This document shows, in pieces, positions 9,309 through 19,500 of a DNA stretch of 64,000 nt (position 1 is the first letter of the stretch; each line of letters opens with the position of its first letter). Below the pieces are notes generated by a model. That model did not search any database and was not told the DNA's origin. It worked only from the letters and a program-made list of their open reading frames with translations. This DNA comes from Deltaproteobacteria bacterium (GTDB lineage: Bacteria; Myxococcota_A; Polyangia; Polyangiales; Houyiibacteriaceae), in NCBI GenBank assembly GCA_034670305.1, contig JAXMNT010000001.1:1-64000 (forward strand), given 5' to 3'. The position numbers were made by a program, and so were the translations under genes.

Positions 9309-11282
9309 CTACTCCTCGAGACAATACAGGCGCGCGGTCCGGTCGCATGGGCGGGTACCGGTGCGCATCTCGAAGAAGACGTTCTCGGCGGAGCCGAACG
9401 CAGCGTCGCCAGCCGATGCGGTCCAGCTCGTACAGGTGGCGGTCGTGTCCCCAGTCGTCACGCCGGTCCATACGTGCGGACTGCCGGTGGCGAAGGTTCC
9501 ATCGGCGAGCAAGACGAGCCCGGTCTCCGGAACGATGCGGCGGCTCTCCGCGGTGGCCAGGGAGCCGGTCGCGAGCCAGCGCGCCCCATCGCTTCGCACC
9601 CAGTCGGCGCCAGCGGCGTCGAAGCGGGTCGCCGCCAGAGCGTCGTCCGACTCGAGGAACGCCAGGAAGGTCCGGTCCGTTCCGGGATCGGCACCGCAGT
9701 CCGCGCCGCCGCCCGTCAGCCCTGCCTCGCATGCTTCCAACTGACACAGCGCGTCCGCATCCGCGAGTCCGCCGCCGGGTGTCCACACCGCCTCGGTCAT
9801 GAACGCGAGCCGGCCGGTGTCGGCGGGGGCCGCGAGCGGTGTGTCGTGGTCGATGCTGAAGCACAGGAACGCCTGCGGGAAATTGCAGCGCGCGTTGGCC
9901 GACTGAGAAAGCGCGTTCCGGCTCACGGAGCCGGCGCGGGCGAAGGCCACGCGTTGCCCGTCGGGCATGGTGGTGTAGTCGTCGCAGGTGAAGCCTGCCG
10001 ATGGTTCCAGGAGCGGGTTCAAACCAGTGACGACCTCATGGTCGCCCGTGCCCCCGCCGCCATCTTCCTCGTAGCGAATCGGGTACCAGAGCTCGCCGCG
10101 GCGCAGTTGGTCGATCGTGTCCACGATCGGTTGGCCCTGGGTGTTCACCCAACCGCGCGCGCCGTCGAGACGATCGAGCGGGTTGCATCCGGCGCTGGCC
10201 TCGCCTGGGCAGGACGCGGCCTCGGTCGCCAGCATCGCCACCCACTCGGTCGCGTGCAGGCCCGCGGCGGTTGCGAGCGTCGCGCAGGTCGAGTCTGCAT
10301 TGGCGATCGAACCGATGGCGCCGGGGTTGATCCGCGTCGAGGTGACGAACGCGATGTTGTGGCGAAGTTCCCACGCGAGTCCGACGGTTGTGTCGCCGGC
10401 GATCGCGATCATGCAGTCCGCGCCACTGCACGCAGCGCCGGCATCGGACCAACCGGTGATGCGCGTCGTGTCCGTCGGCGCCGCGTGGACCTCCAGCGCG
10501 TCGCCATCGGCCACCTCGATCTCGCAGCTGTCGGTGCAGACCATGGGACTCCCGTCGACCACGACCGTCCCGGTTCCATCGCCGGTGATCTCGATGTGAA
10601 GGGTGACGATGGCGCTGCACACCCCGTCGGATGTGCGGGCCAGCAACCCCTCTCCGCACACCTCGCACATGTCGCCGGAGGAACCTTCCGGACACATGCA
10701 GGTGCGTCCGTCCCCCACGAAGGGATCGTCGCATGCGCACTCGAACGACCCCTCGGTGTTCGTGCAGGTCGCGTCGTCGGCGCAGTCGTCGTCCCCGTCC
10801 GCGCACTCGTCCACGTCGGTCTCACAGAAGTCGCCCTCGTAGCCGGTGCCTTCGCAACCGCAGGTCGCCCCCGACTCTCCGTCGGTGCACACGCCGCCGT
10901 TCATGCAAGGGTCTGCGGCGCAGCTCGCGCTGCAGGTCGCGCCGTCGCCCACGAAACCGTCGTTGCACGCACACGTGAAGCCGCCGTCGGTGTTCGTGCA
11001 GGTCGCATCCGCGTGGCACGCGGTCGGGTCGTCGGTGCACTCGTCGACGTCGCTCTCGCACCCGGTCCCGGTCCAGCCCTCGTCGCAGCGGCAGCTGCCA
11101 TCGACACACGTTCCAAAGTCACCACACGCCACCGCCGCGCACAGATCGCCCGCGCTGTCCGGTGCGGCATCCTGCATGCCGCCGTCGCCCGTGCCCGCGT
11201 CGCTGCCGGAGGAATCGTCGTCGCCACACCCGGTCGAAACGAGGAAGAGGGCCAGGAGGGTCGTGCAAATCGAGAACTTCAT
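9309..11282 (-). CDS. lipoprotein with Ca-binding EGF-like repeats, a divergent InlB B-repeat and two DUF1554-like domains
   Basis: Lipobox STGC, DVDEC..C.NT.GSF.C.C EGF motifs, GGLADADALC...LYCLEE. Confidence 0.85.
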   Translation of the reverse strand: MKFSICTTLLALFLVSTGCGDDDSSGSDAGTGDGGMQDAAPDSAGDLCAAVACGDFGTCVDGSCRCDEGWTGTGCESDVDECTDDPTACHADATCTNTDGGFTCACNDGFVGDGATCSASCAADPCMNGGVCTDGESGATCGCEGTGYEGDFCETDVDECADGDDDCADDATCTNTEGSFECACDDPFVGDGRTCMCPEGSSGDMCEVCGEGLLARTSDGVCSAIVTLHIEITGDGTGTVVVDGSPMVCTDSCEIEVADGDALEVHAAPTDTTRITGWSDAGAACSGADCMIAIAGDTTVGLAWELRHNIAFVTSTRINPGAIGSIANADSTCATLATAAGLHATEWVAMLATEAASCPGEASAGCNPLDRLDGARGWVNTQGQPIVDTIDQLRRGELWYPIRYEEDGGGGTGDHEVVTGLNPLLEPSAGFTCDDYTTMPDGQRVAFARAGSVSRNALSQSANARCNFPQAFLCFSIDHDTPLAAPADTGRLAFMTEAVWTPGGGLADADALCQLEACEAGLTGGGADCGADPGTDRTFLAFLESDDALAATRFDAAGADWVRSDGARWLATGSLATAESRRIVPETGLVLLADGTFATGSPHVWTGVTTGDTTATCTSWTASAGDAAFGSAENVFFEMRTGTRPCDRTARLYCLEE

Positions 11283-11564
11283 GGCCCGCATGCTCGGGCA
11301 CGTCGGGCGGTGCCTGCAAGAACGGAACGGACCAATGCCTTCAACGAGAGAACGGCTCCTTCGTTGGCATCCAGCGCGCGACCTTCCTGTCGCCCGCAGC
11401 CGCGCTTCCAAAGCCGTCCCTGTTCTGAGACCCGTGCTGCGTCTGGTGCGGTGTCCGGTTCTGTGTAGGGTTCACCCAACAGGCTTGGACTGGATCCCAT
11501 AGGGTCGACACCACATTCGCGGTTCGGATGCGCCAGAACGTCCAAAATCTCGGAAAAATTCGGC

Positions 11565-11585
11565 TGGTACGGCGCCTGCTTTGCA
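11565..11585 (+). promoter_or_regulatory. putative sigma-54 promoter (two overlapping registers)
   Basis: TGGTACGGCGCCTGCT and CGGCGCCTGCTTTGCA both have GG-N10-GC spacing, in an AT-richer intergenic region. Confidence 0.5.
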
Positions 11586-11628
11586 AACCCCCAGACAACG
11601 CGCGGATGTCGCGCTGGGGAGTTTGAGA

Positions 11629-13392
11629 ATGGTCCGAAAAAACTTGGTATGGATTGCTGTCGTCGCTGCGCTCGGGTTGGGCTGTGGCGACGACGACGCG
11701 ATGGTGATGATGGACGCCGGTGGCGGTGACTCCGCGATGGAGGACGCCGGCATCGACACGGGAGAGGACGGCGGGTTCGTGCCCGATCTCAGTCCTCCGT
11801 TGCTCGCCGGTGTGCCAGGCGCCACCAACATGGCGAACCTGTCGATCTCTGGCACGGCGGGCCCCAACCTTCGCATCACGGTGGCCGGTGGGGCTTCGCC
11901 CACGATGACCATGACCGACGACGCGGGCGACTTCACCGTCGACGTGACGCTGCGTCAGAACGCGACGAACACGCTCAACTTCTTTGCGGTGTTCGCGGAG
12001 ACCGGTGAGTCGGGCGACCCGACCACGGTCGTGGTCGTACACGACAACATCGCGCCCGACGCGCCTTCGCTCGACCCCGTCACCTCGCCAACCGGCGCGA
12101 TGCGGGTGCGTCTGAGCGGTGAAGCCGAGCCCAACAGCACCATCGCAGTGACGGGCGGCGCCGCCCCCGGCATGGGTGTGACCAGCGACCTCGGCGCCTA
12201 CCGCGCGGAGGTCATGCTGACCGCCGACAGCGACAACGAGCTCTCGGTCACAGCCACCGATGAAGCGGGCAACGAGAGCGATGCGGCGATGGTCACCATC
12301 ACCCAGGACTCGACCCTGCCTGTCCCCGTCGATGTCGACCCGGTCGACTCGCCGACCTCGGACAACCCCATCACGTTGACGGGCCTGACCGAAGCAGACG
12401 CCGAAGTCTCGGTCACGGGCGGAGCCGCCCCGGCTTCGACGACCGCCGACGGCGACGGCGCCTTCTCGGTCGACGTGATGCTGAACGCCAACGCGCGCAA
12501 CGACCTCCTGGTCATGCGCGTCGGTGGCGAAGCCATCACCACCGTCGTGGTCGTTCACGACGACATCGCGCCGGATGCGCCCGTGCTCGATGGGGTCGCT
12601 TCGCCGACCAACCGGACCGACCCGACCATTGGTGGTTCGACCGAACCCCGCGCCCGCGTGCGCATTCGGGGCGGCGTCGAGGAGGTCCTCGTGACCGCCG
12701 ACGACGTGGGCCGCTTCAGCACCACCGTGATGATTCCCGAAGACACCGAGACGACCTTGATGGTCACCGCGACCGACCGGGCCGCGAACTCGTCGGCGGC
12801 TGCGATGGTCACCATCACGCACTCGAACGACACGGCGGCCGCGCCGGAAGTCGACGCCGTTGATTCGCCCACCAGCGACGCGACCGTCACCCTGACCGGC
12901 CGCGTTGTGGAACCGGGCGCGGGCATCACCATCGAGGTTGCCGGTGGCGCGAGCGCGGCAAGCGCGGCGACCGACGAGTCGACCGGCGCGTTCACCATCG
13001 ACGTCACGCTCAACGCCAACGCGACGAACGAGCTCAGCGTCACCAGTCTGGAAGGCGAGATCTCGAGTCCTCCGACCCTGGTCACGGTGGTGCACGACGA
13101 CATCGCGCCGACCGCGCCCGACTCCGGTCGGATCGCGATCGGCACCCCGGGCGGCCTCGGCTGCACCCTCCGCGGCGCCACGCCGGTCAACGGCATGACG
13201 AGCGCGGTGGAAGGCAACAGCAGCGTGCGCGTGATGAACATGACGGGTGGTGGCAGCAGCACCAGCAACGCCAACCCGGATGGCTCGTTCAACCTCAGCG
13301 TCCCGGCATGTGCGGCGGACATCCTGCGGCTGACGGCGACCGATGCGGCTGGCAACGTCAGCGAGGTCACGGAGATGGTGGTCGGCTCCTGA
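11629..13392 (+). CDS. lipoprotein with about six bacterial Ig-like (Big) domains
   Basis: Lipobox GLGC, repeated VTATDxAGN, F.VDVTL..N..N.L and VVHDDIAPDAP motifs. Confidence 0.85.
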   Translation: MVRKNLVWIAVVAALGLGCGDDDAMVMMDAGGGDSAMEDAGIDTGEDGGFVPDLSPPLLAGVPGATNMANLSISGTAGPNLRITVAGGASPTMTMTDDAGDFTVDVTLRQNATNTLNFFAVFAETGESGDPTTVVVVHDNIAPDAPSLDPVTSPTGAMRVRLSGEAEPNSTIAVTGGAAPGMGVTSDLGAYRAEVMLTADSDNELSVTATDEAGNESDAAMVTITQDSTLPVPVDVDPVDSPTSDNPITLTGLTEADAEVSVTGGAAPASTTADGDGAFSVDVMLNANARNDLLVMRVGGEAITTVVVVHDDIAPDAPVLDGVASPTNRTDPTIGGSTEPRARVRIRGGVEEVLVTADDVGRFSTTVMIPEDTETTLMVTATDRAANSSAAAMVTITHSNDTAAAPEVDAVDSPTSDATVTLTGRVVEPGAGITIEVAGGASAASAATDESTGAFTIDVTLNANATNELSVTSLEGEISSPPTLVTVVHDDIAPTAPDSGRIAIGTPGGLGCTLRGATPVNGMTSAVEGNSSVRVMNMTGGGSSTSNANPDGSFNLSVPACAADILRLTATDAAGNVSEVTEMVVGS

Positions 13393-13414
13393 CACCCATC
13401 CCGATCTGAAGAGG

Positions 13415-13453
13415 AAGGCGCGTCCCCCAGTCGGGGGGCGCGTTTTTTCTTTT
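13415..13453 (+). terminator. intrinsic terminator
   Basis: GC-rich stem (GCGCGTCCCCC/GGGGGGCGCGT) followed by TTTTTCTTTT. Confidence 0.85.
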
Positions 13454-13516
13454 CTGGTCCATTTTCTTCTCGGGGCACTTGCCGTGCTCAACGGAATAGT
13501 CCACTCTAAGCAGAAC

Positions 13517-15160
13517 GTGGCAGCCCTTCCCAGACTCCCTGAAAATCCACTTCCCCGGGAATCTGAGGGGGAGGGTGGCCTCTCCGGTTGGTGCGTGGCC
13601 GTTGTCGACGGCCCCGAGCAAGCAGCCGCGTTGACCCGGCTCGGGGCCATGGTCTGGTCCCTCGCGTCCAACGATCCGGCCGCCACCTTGGTGGGACAAC
13701 TCGACCCCGACGCGGTGGTCGTGTGCGGTGACGCCCCGCCACCGCCTGGCCGCCACGTCGTGGCGGAAGAGCACGGCCCGCATGGTTTGCCGGTTGCGAT
13801 TCGTGCCTTGAACGAAGCCCGCATGCACGCCACCGAAGCACTGGCCGACCAACTCATGGGCCCGTCCCCCGAGGTCGTGGTCGACATCGCGGTCCTCGGG
13901 CCACGCAACCTGTTGCGCCTGCTCTCGGCGAGCCCGCGATCGTGGATCGTTTCGGTCGACGACGGTGCGAACTCGGTCGTCCTGGATGTCATCGCCGGAT
14001 CCGTCTCCGTAGCGAACGGTTGGATGAACAGTCCAAGGGGTCCGCAACGCATCGTCGGTCTCCCGGTCGTGCGGGCGCTGCTCGGGTTCACCGCTGGTGT
14101 GTGCAGCATCGTGCCGCGGGTCAAACACGTGGGCGTGGGGATCGTGACCCTCGAAGGCGCGATGCTTGCGGTGGCCAAAGAGCTGTTGGGCACCCGTTCG
14201 TCCCCCGTGTCGGAGCATCCCGAACTCGAGGGTCACCCGACCTTGGCGGTGGATGGTCACGAGGTGGAGCGACTCGCGCACGAGCTTGGCAGCAAGAGCG
14301 CGTCCTCCATCGCGCCTCCGCCCCCCAAGGGTGCACGCGCCACGGCGGAGCTCAGCACCGAAGAAGTCAGTGCGCTCGTGCACGATCTCAAACGGCGCGC
14401 GCTCACCGAAGCGGATCCGACACCGGTCGTGCCGCACAAGCGCTCCGGCGCCCGGCTCAAGCAGGACGTGGATGTGGACTCCACGCCGACGTTGCCTCCG
14501 CCCGCCGAGATGCTGGCCGAACTGCCCGCCCTCGACGGACCGGTGACCGAGCGACCGCGCCCCAGAGCACCGACGCCCGAACCGCTGCGCGCCGAGGAAC
14601 ATCCCACCCGGCCTCCCAGCGGTTCCAGGCTCAAGGGCTCAGCAATCGAGCGCGCGGCCGCCCGCGCTTCTGAGACCGATGGGATACCCGTCCCAAGAAT
14701 ATTCTCCGAGCCGCCGGTGGAGCTGGACGATGGCATGGACGACGTCCAGTTGACGGGCTTGTCCCTCGTGCCCGACGCGCCCGAATCCAAACCCGCGGAA
14801 GCGCGGATCGACGAATGGGTTTCGGCCGAACCGCCGAGCGCGAGCGAATCCGAGACGCCGATCTCCATGATTCCGATCCCGCTGTGCTCGAAGACGGACG
14901 CCGCGACCCAACCGGACCCACCGGCCGAAGCGGCGTCCCAACCGATCGTCGTACCCCCGCCGCTCGGTACTGCGGTTCCCAAAGACAGCACTGCGACTCC
15001 CAAGGCCAGCACTGCGACTCCCAAGGCCAGCACTGCGGTTCCCAGAGCCAGCACCGCGCCGCTCGTCGAGGCTGCAGACGAGTCGGCGTCCAGTTGGCTC
15101 CTGCTCGCGGTGGGCGCGGTGGCGGCGATCGGCATCGGCCTCGCCGTCGTGCTTCTCTAG
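13517..15160 (+). CDS. hypothetical protein: degenerate receiver/DUF4388-like N-terminus, Pro-rich linker, C-terminal TM anchor
   Basis: ORF downstream of the terminator with GTG start assumed. C-terminal WLLLAVGAVAAIGIGLAVVLL. Domain call tentative. Confidence 0.65.
   Translation: MAALPRLPENPLPRESEGEGGLSGWCVAVVDGPEQAAALTRLGAMVWSLASNDPAATLVGQLDPDAVVVCGDAPPPPGRHVVAEEHGPHGLPVAIRALNEARMHATEALADQLMGPSPEVVVDIAVLGPRNLLRLLSASPRSWIVSVDDGANSVVLDVIAGSVSVANGWMNSPRGPQRIVGLPVVRALLGFTAGVCSIVPRVKHVGVGIVTLEGAMLAVAKELLGTRSSPVSEHPELEGHPTLAVDGHEVERLAHELGSKSASSIAPPPPKGARATAELSTEEVSALVHDLKRRALTEADPTPVVPHKRSGARLKQDVDVDSTPTLPPPAEMLAELPALDGPVTERPRPRAPTPEPLRAEEHPTRPPSGSRLKGSAIERAAARASETDGIPVPRIFSEPPVELDDGMDDVQLTGLSLVPDAPESKPAEARIDEWVSAEPPSASESETPISMIPIPLCSKTDAATQPDPPAEAASQPIVVPPPLGTAVPKDSTATPKASTATPKASTAVPRASTAPLVEAADESASSWLLLAVGAVAAIGIGLAVVLL
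14968..15058 (+). repeat. 21-bp tandem repeat x4 (TAVPKDS/TATPKAS) in frame
   Basis: CACTGCGACTCCCAAGGCCAG-type units. Confidence 0.9.
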
Positions 15161-15263
15161 CGGCAACGCGGACGTCGAACTGGAGTTTTGCGCGGAGGGG
15201 CGGCACGATCAGGGGGTGACTTCCATGCCCTTCTTCTCCCGCACCTTCGCTCTCTCTCGGACG

Positions 15264-16061
15264 ATGTCCCGCGCTCGTGTCCTGTTGGCCGCTTTCCTGG
15301 TGATGGGGGCGGCGTGTGGGGACGACGACGCCACACCCGTCGACGGTGGCGGCTTCGATGCGCCCGCGATCGACACCGGCGGCGGACCGATGGTGAGCGC
15401 CCAGATCCTCGACTACCTGCGAGGCGACCGCGCCTCTTCGCTCACCGTGGAAGTCGACTACGTCGCGGGGACCGAGATCACTTCCGAGGCCCAGGCGCAC
15501 TTCGTCGCCCGGCTTGGCACGGTGCTCGACAAACCGGGCGGCGTGACCGTGCAGCTCGACGAAGTCATCCCGTCCCACGCCGACACCCCGTGGGAACTCG
15601 AGGAGCTGCGGACCCTCGCCGCGGAACGCCAGACCCTCGACGGCGGCGCGGACGGAACCGTGCTGCATCTCATGTTCGTGGACGGCCGCTTCACCATTCG
15701 CGGCGTGCTCGGTGCGGCCCTGAGCGCGACCTCGATCGTCATCTTCCGCGAGACCATCGACCAGGTCTGCGACTCGCCGAGTGTGCTGCCGCTTCAACGC
15801 GCGTCGGTGTGCGGCGCGATCGAAGCCACCGTGCTCCTCCACGAGACCGGCCACGTCATCGGCCTCGTCAACCGCGGACTCCCGATGGTGGAAGACCACG
15901 AAGACCCCGAACGCCGCGGCCACGAGGCCACCGAAGGTTGCCTGATGTACTTCGCGCTCGAGGACGCGGGCGACTTCGCCCTCGATGGCTTCCTCGGCGG
16001 CGACCCCGAGCCGATCGACTTCTGCGCCGGTTCGATGGCCGACATTCAAGCACAGCAGTGA
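15264..16061 (+). CDS. lipoprotein, putative zinc metalloprotease
   Basis: Lipobox GAAC, LLHETGHVIGL (HEXXH), later H and CLM (Met-turn-like). Alternative start at 15225. Confidence 0.8.
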   Translation: MSRARVLLAAFLVMGAACGDDDATPVDGGGFDAPAIDTGGGPMVSAQILDYLRGDRASSLTVEVDYVAGTEITSEAQAHFVARLGTVLDKPGGVTVQLDEVIPSHADTPWELEELRTLAAERQTLDGGADGTVLHLMFVDGRFTIRGVLGAALSATSIVIFRETIDQVCDSPSVLPLQRASVCGAIEATVLLHETGHVIGLVNRGLPMVEDHEDPERRGHEATEGCLMYFALEDAGDFALDGFLGGDPEPIDFCAGSMADIQAQQ

Positions 16062-16064
16062 CCC

Positions 16065-16556
16065 GTGGCCGGGCTGCCGACCAAGAAGCGGGTCCACGAA
16101 GAAGCGTTGAAGGCGCTCGAGGCGGAGTATCAGTCGCTGCTCGAGAAGGCCGAAGCCACGCGTCGCGGCGCCACGCACGAGGAGAGCAAAGCCGAGAACG
16201 ACAAGGACACCCGCGCGATCGAAGCGGGTTACCTCGCGCGCGGACAAGCGGCCCGCGCCGAAGAGATGCTCGAGCAACTCACCCGGCTCCGCTTCGTGGA
16301 CCTGCGCGATCTCGAGGGACGGCCGATCGAGATCTCCGCGCTCGTCGAAGTGCTGGATGAGGACGAAGCGGCGCGGGTGTATTTCCTGGTGCCGGTCGGC
16401 GGCGGCACCCGCTTCGAGGTGGATGGAACCAGCGTGCAGCTGTTGACCCCCGCGTCGCCGGTCGGCCGGGCGCTGCTCGGCAAAGAAGAAGGCGACGACA
16501 TCGAGCTCGTTGTCGCGAAGAAGAAACGTTTCTACGAAGTCGCCCAGGTGCGCTGA
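16065..16556 (+). CDS. GreA/GreB family transcription elongation factor (non-canonical subfamily)
   Basis: N-terminal coiled coil with ENDKDTRAIEAGYLARGQ; C-terminal TPASPVGRALLGKEEGD. Confidence 0.85.
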   Translation: MAGLPTKKRVHEEALKALEAEYQSLLEKAEATRRGATHEESKAENDKDTRAIEAGYLARGQAARAEEMLEQLTRLRFVDLRDLEGRPIEISALVEVLDEDEAARVYFLVPVGGGTRFEVDGTSVQLLTPASPVGRALLGKEEGDDIELVVAKKKRFYEVAQVR

Positions 16557-16587
16557 GGGCCGCCGGCAGTCGAGCGCGAAGTGGCGG

Positions 16588-19500
16588 CTACGACTCGAAC
16601 CAACCCGACATCGTTCGCAACCAGGTGCTCACGGGGTCTTGGCCCTCGGTGTCGTTGGCGAGGAGGCGGCGGGTCTCTTCGGAGGGGTCGGTGAGGCGGG
16701 AGAGCACTTCCAGCGCGACCGCTTGGGGCTCTGCGCTGCCTTCGGCCCGGCGGGCGGCGATGGCGCGGGCGAGCGGGGCGTTGCCCGCGGTCGGGTGGTC
16801 GCCCGCGAACCCATTGAGGGCTTCGGTGACTCGATCGGTGCGGGCTTTGTAGGTGGCGGCGCGCAGGGTCTCGGGGAGCAGCGGGGCGCCGAACGCGATC
16901 TGCTGTGTGCCGTAGCCGACCGGGAACTCGAGCCGCTCTTGGAGCGGTTCGGTGGGGAGTCCGCGGGTGAATCGCACCGGCACAATGGGAAGGTTCGCCG
17001 AGAGCGCGAGGTCGATGAAGATGCCGCTCATCTTCGTGACCGGATCGGCGGCGACCACGGAGCGGGTGCCTTCGACGTGGATGAGCAGGCTCTTGGCCGC
17101 CGTCTCGTCGCGGAGTTGCGAAATGATCGAAGGCATCGAGGCGGGATCGTTCCGGTCGAAGAACGCGATGACGCCGGGGTCGTCGACGCCTGGGTACTGA
17201 AAACACGACTCGATGAGTCGGCCGAGCCAGCTCGTGCGGTGGTCGCTCTTCGCGAGCACCAAGGTCGGGGTCTGTTGCAGCGCACCGGCGACGATCGAGA
17301 AGACCAGCGACTCGATGCCGGTCTGGTGGTTGGCGAGAAAGAGCACGCTCCGGCCGCGCAGCGCGGCGTGCTCGGCCGGTGCTTCGACCGTGACGCGCGA
17401 GAGGAAGGACTCGATGAGTCCGTAGTAGAGGTCGCCGACCAACCACGAGTCCTTGCCGAGCTTCTTCGTCCAGTAGTCTTTCACCGGCGAGAGATCGAAG
17501 CGGTCCTCGAGCCACTGCGCGCGGACCGGATCGCTGCCGCGAAGCTCCACTGAGGTGCGGGTCAGTGGAAGCACCGGTCCGTGGACTTCGACGGTCGACT
17601 CACCGTTCGGTGTGACCGTCAGCAACGACGGGTGGGTGCCGGTCATCGTGGCGACCAGGTCTTTGGCGACCACGTCTCGGGTGAGCGCATCGACGGTGGT
17701 CGCGCCGCTGCCGTACACACGCGCGACGGTCCCGGGCAGCCAGTCGCTCGCGCGCACGTCCGCGGGCGCGAGGCGGAAGCCGTCCGCGTCGGTCGCGCTG
17801 AGCGTCATGCCGGGCACGTGGACGTTGTCTCGCAGAAACGCGCGCCGGTCGTCGGGCCGTGCCATGCCGAGCGGTCCTTTGGGCAGCAGCACTTCGGTGA
17901 GGCGCATGTCGACGAGCGGGCCGGCGTCGTCCGAGAGCTGCACCCGGAACACCGCGAAGCGCGCGTCTTCGAGACCGAGCAAACGCACCTCGCAGGCGAC
18001 GTCTCCGGTTCGCGGCATCGCTCGGTAGAAGCGCGCGTCGAGCCGGTACGGGTAGGCCACGAGATCGTCGCGCACGCCCTCGTGCCAGTCCGCGAGCGCG
18101 TCGTGCGGGATCGCGTGGGTCGCGGCGTCGAGCAACCCTGGGTGCACCGCCCCGTACGGAACCTTGGCCGCGGCGGCCGAGAGTACGGCGCTGCTGCCGG
18201 CGGCGCCCGACGCGGTGCGCCCGAAGGTCAGCGAACGCAGTGCTTGGAAGGCGGGGCCGTGAAAGAGCGCGCCGCCCGCTTCGGCGTACGGAAGCGGTTG
18301 AACGGTCGTCGTCGCGAGTGGCTCGAGTGCGGGGAACGAGCCAGCGGTGTCACCGGGACGGGGTTTGGCGGCTGTGCCCCCAAGCAGCATGGCGCGTGCT
18401 GCGACTTCGAAGCGCGAGAGTTTCGGATCCCGTGCGTCGCGCCACACCAGCAAACGCACTTCGTCGCCGTCGCGTTCGACCTTCGTGCGCGCGCTGGGGT
18501 CGAGGGTGACCCAGCGCTCGACCCGGAGGTCGGACCAGCCTTGTGCTTCGACCGGCAGTTCGCCGGTCGCCTGCACGAAGCGGTCGAGCACGCTCATCAT
18601 CGGAAGCGAAGGCACGGTGAAGGTCGGGCGGTGGTCGCCGAGCCAGGGGTGCGACTGCAGTGTGTAGACGACCTCGCCGTCGGAGGCTTCCGCGCTCGGC
18701 TTCGACTTCGGGTCGACCGGCGCGGGCGCGTCGCTCCGAACCGCGATGCCGAGGTTGGATTCGTAGATGCGTTTGCCATCGACCCAGAGCGAGGACTTGC
18801 CGCGCACGATGCGGCGCTCTACGCCCGCGTCGTCGGTCGCGTCTTCGATCGAAAGAACATCGAGCGTGGTGGTGACGCACGAGTTCGCGATGACCACCTG
18901 GCCGCGGTACTTCCAGGAGTGTTCGTCGCCGAACGCGATCGGTTCGAAGCGGGGGTTCGGCAGATCGTCCGCGAGTCCGCTCTCGATGACGAACGCCTGC
19001 AGGAGCTGGATCATCGCTTCGATGCCGAGCGAGCCCGGCTGCACCGGGTCCTCGAAGAAGTGCGCTTTGAACGACCACTCGTTCGGGTCGACGTCCTTCT
19101 CGCCCCGGATGAACCCGAGCCCTTCGCTGCCGCCCTTGGGATCGAACGCGGTGAGCCGGTCGAGCATCATCAGGCTCGGTCGCGGCAGACAGAGCGGCGC
19201 GTCGAAGTAGCGGGACGCCGCGCTTCGGTCGGTGAGGTCGACGGTGAAGTCGTGCGGCGCGTTCAAGATGGCGCGCATCTCATCCGTCATCGGTAGGCCG
19301 ACCTGGTTGGCGAGCGCGGCCTCCGGGAAGAACCCGAACACGGTGTCGAGTTCGTAGACCAGCGCCTTGCCGCGTTCGGTCTCGAGCCAGACGCGGACTT
19401 CGAAGCTTTCGATGACCATGCCGCCGACCTTCGATTGCCCGACGATGGTCGAGGTGGTGCGCAAGGTGAGCGGCCGGCTCGGGTCCTCTTGTGCGAGCAG

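Noticed and set aside
13343-13516. 5' extension of the 13343 ORF
   Set aside because: It overlaps the upstream gene end and runs through its terminator.
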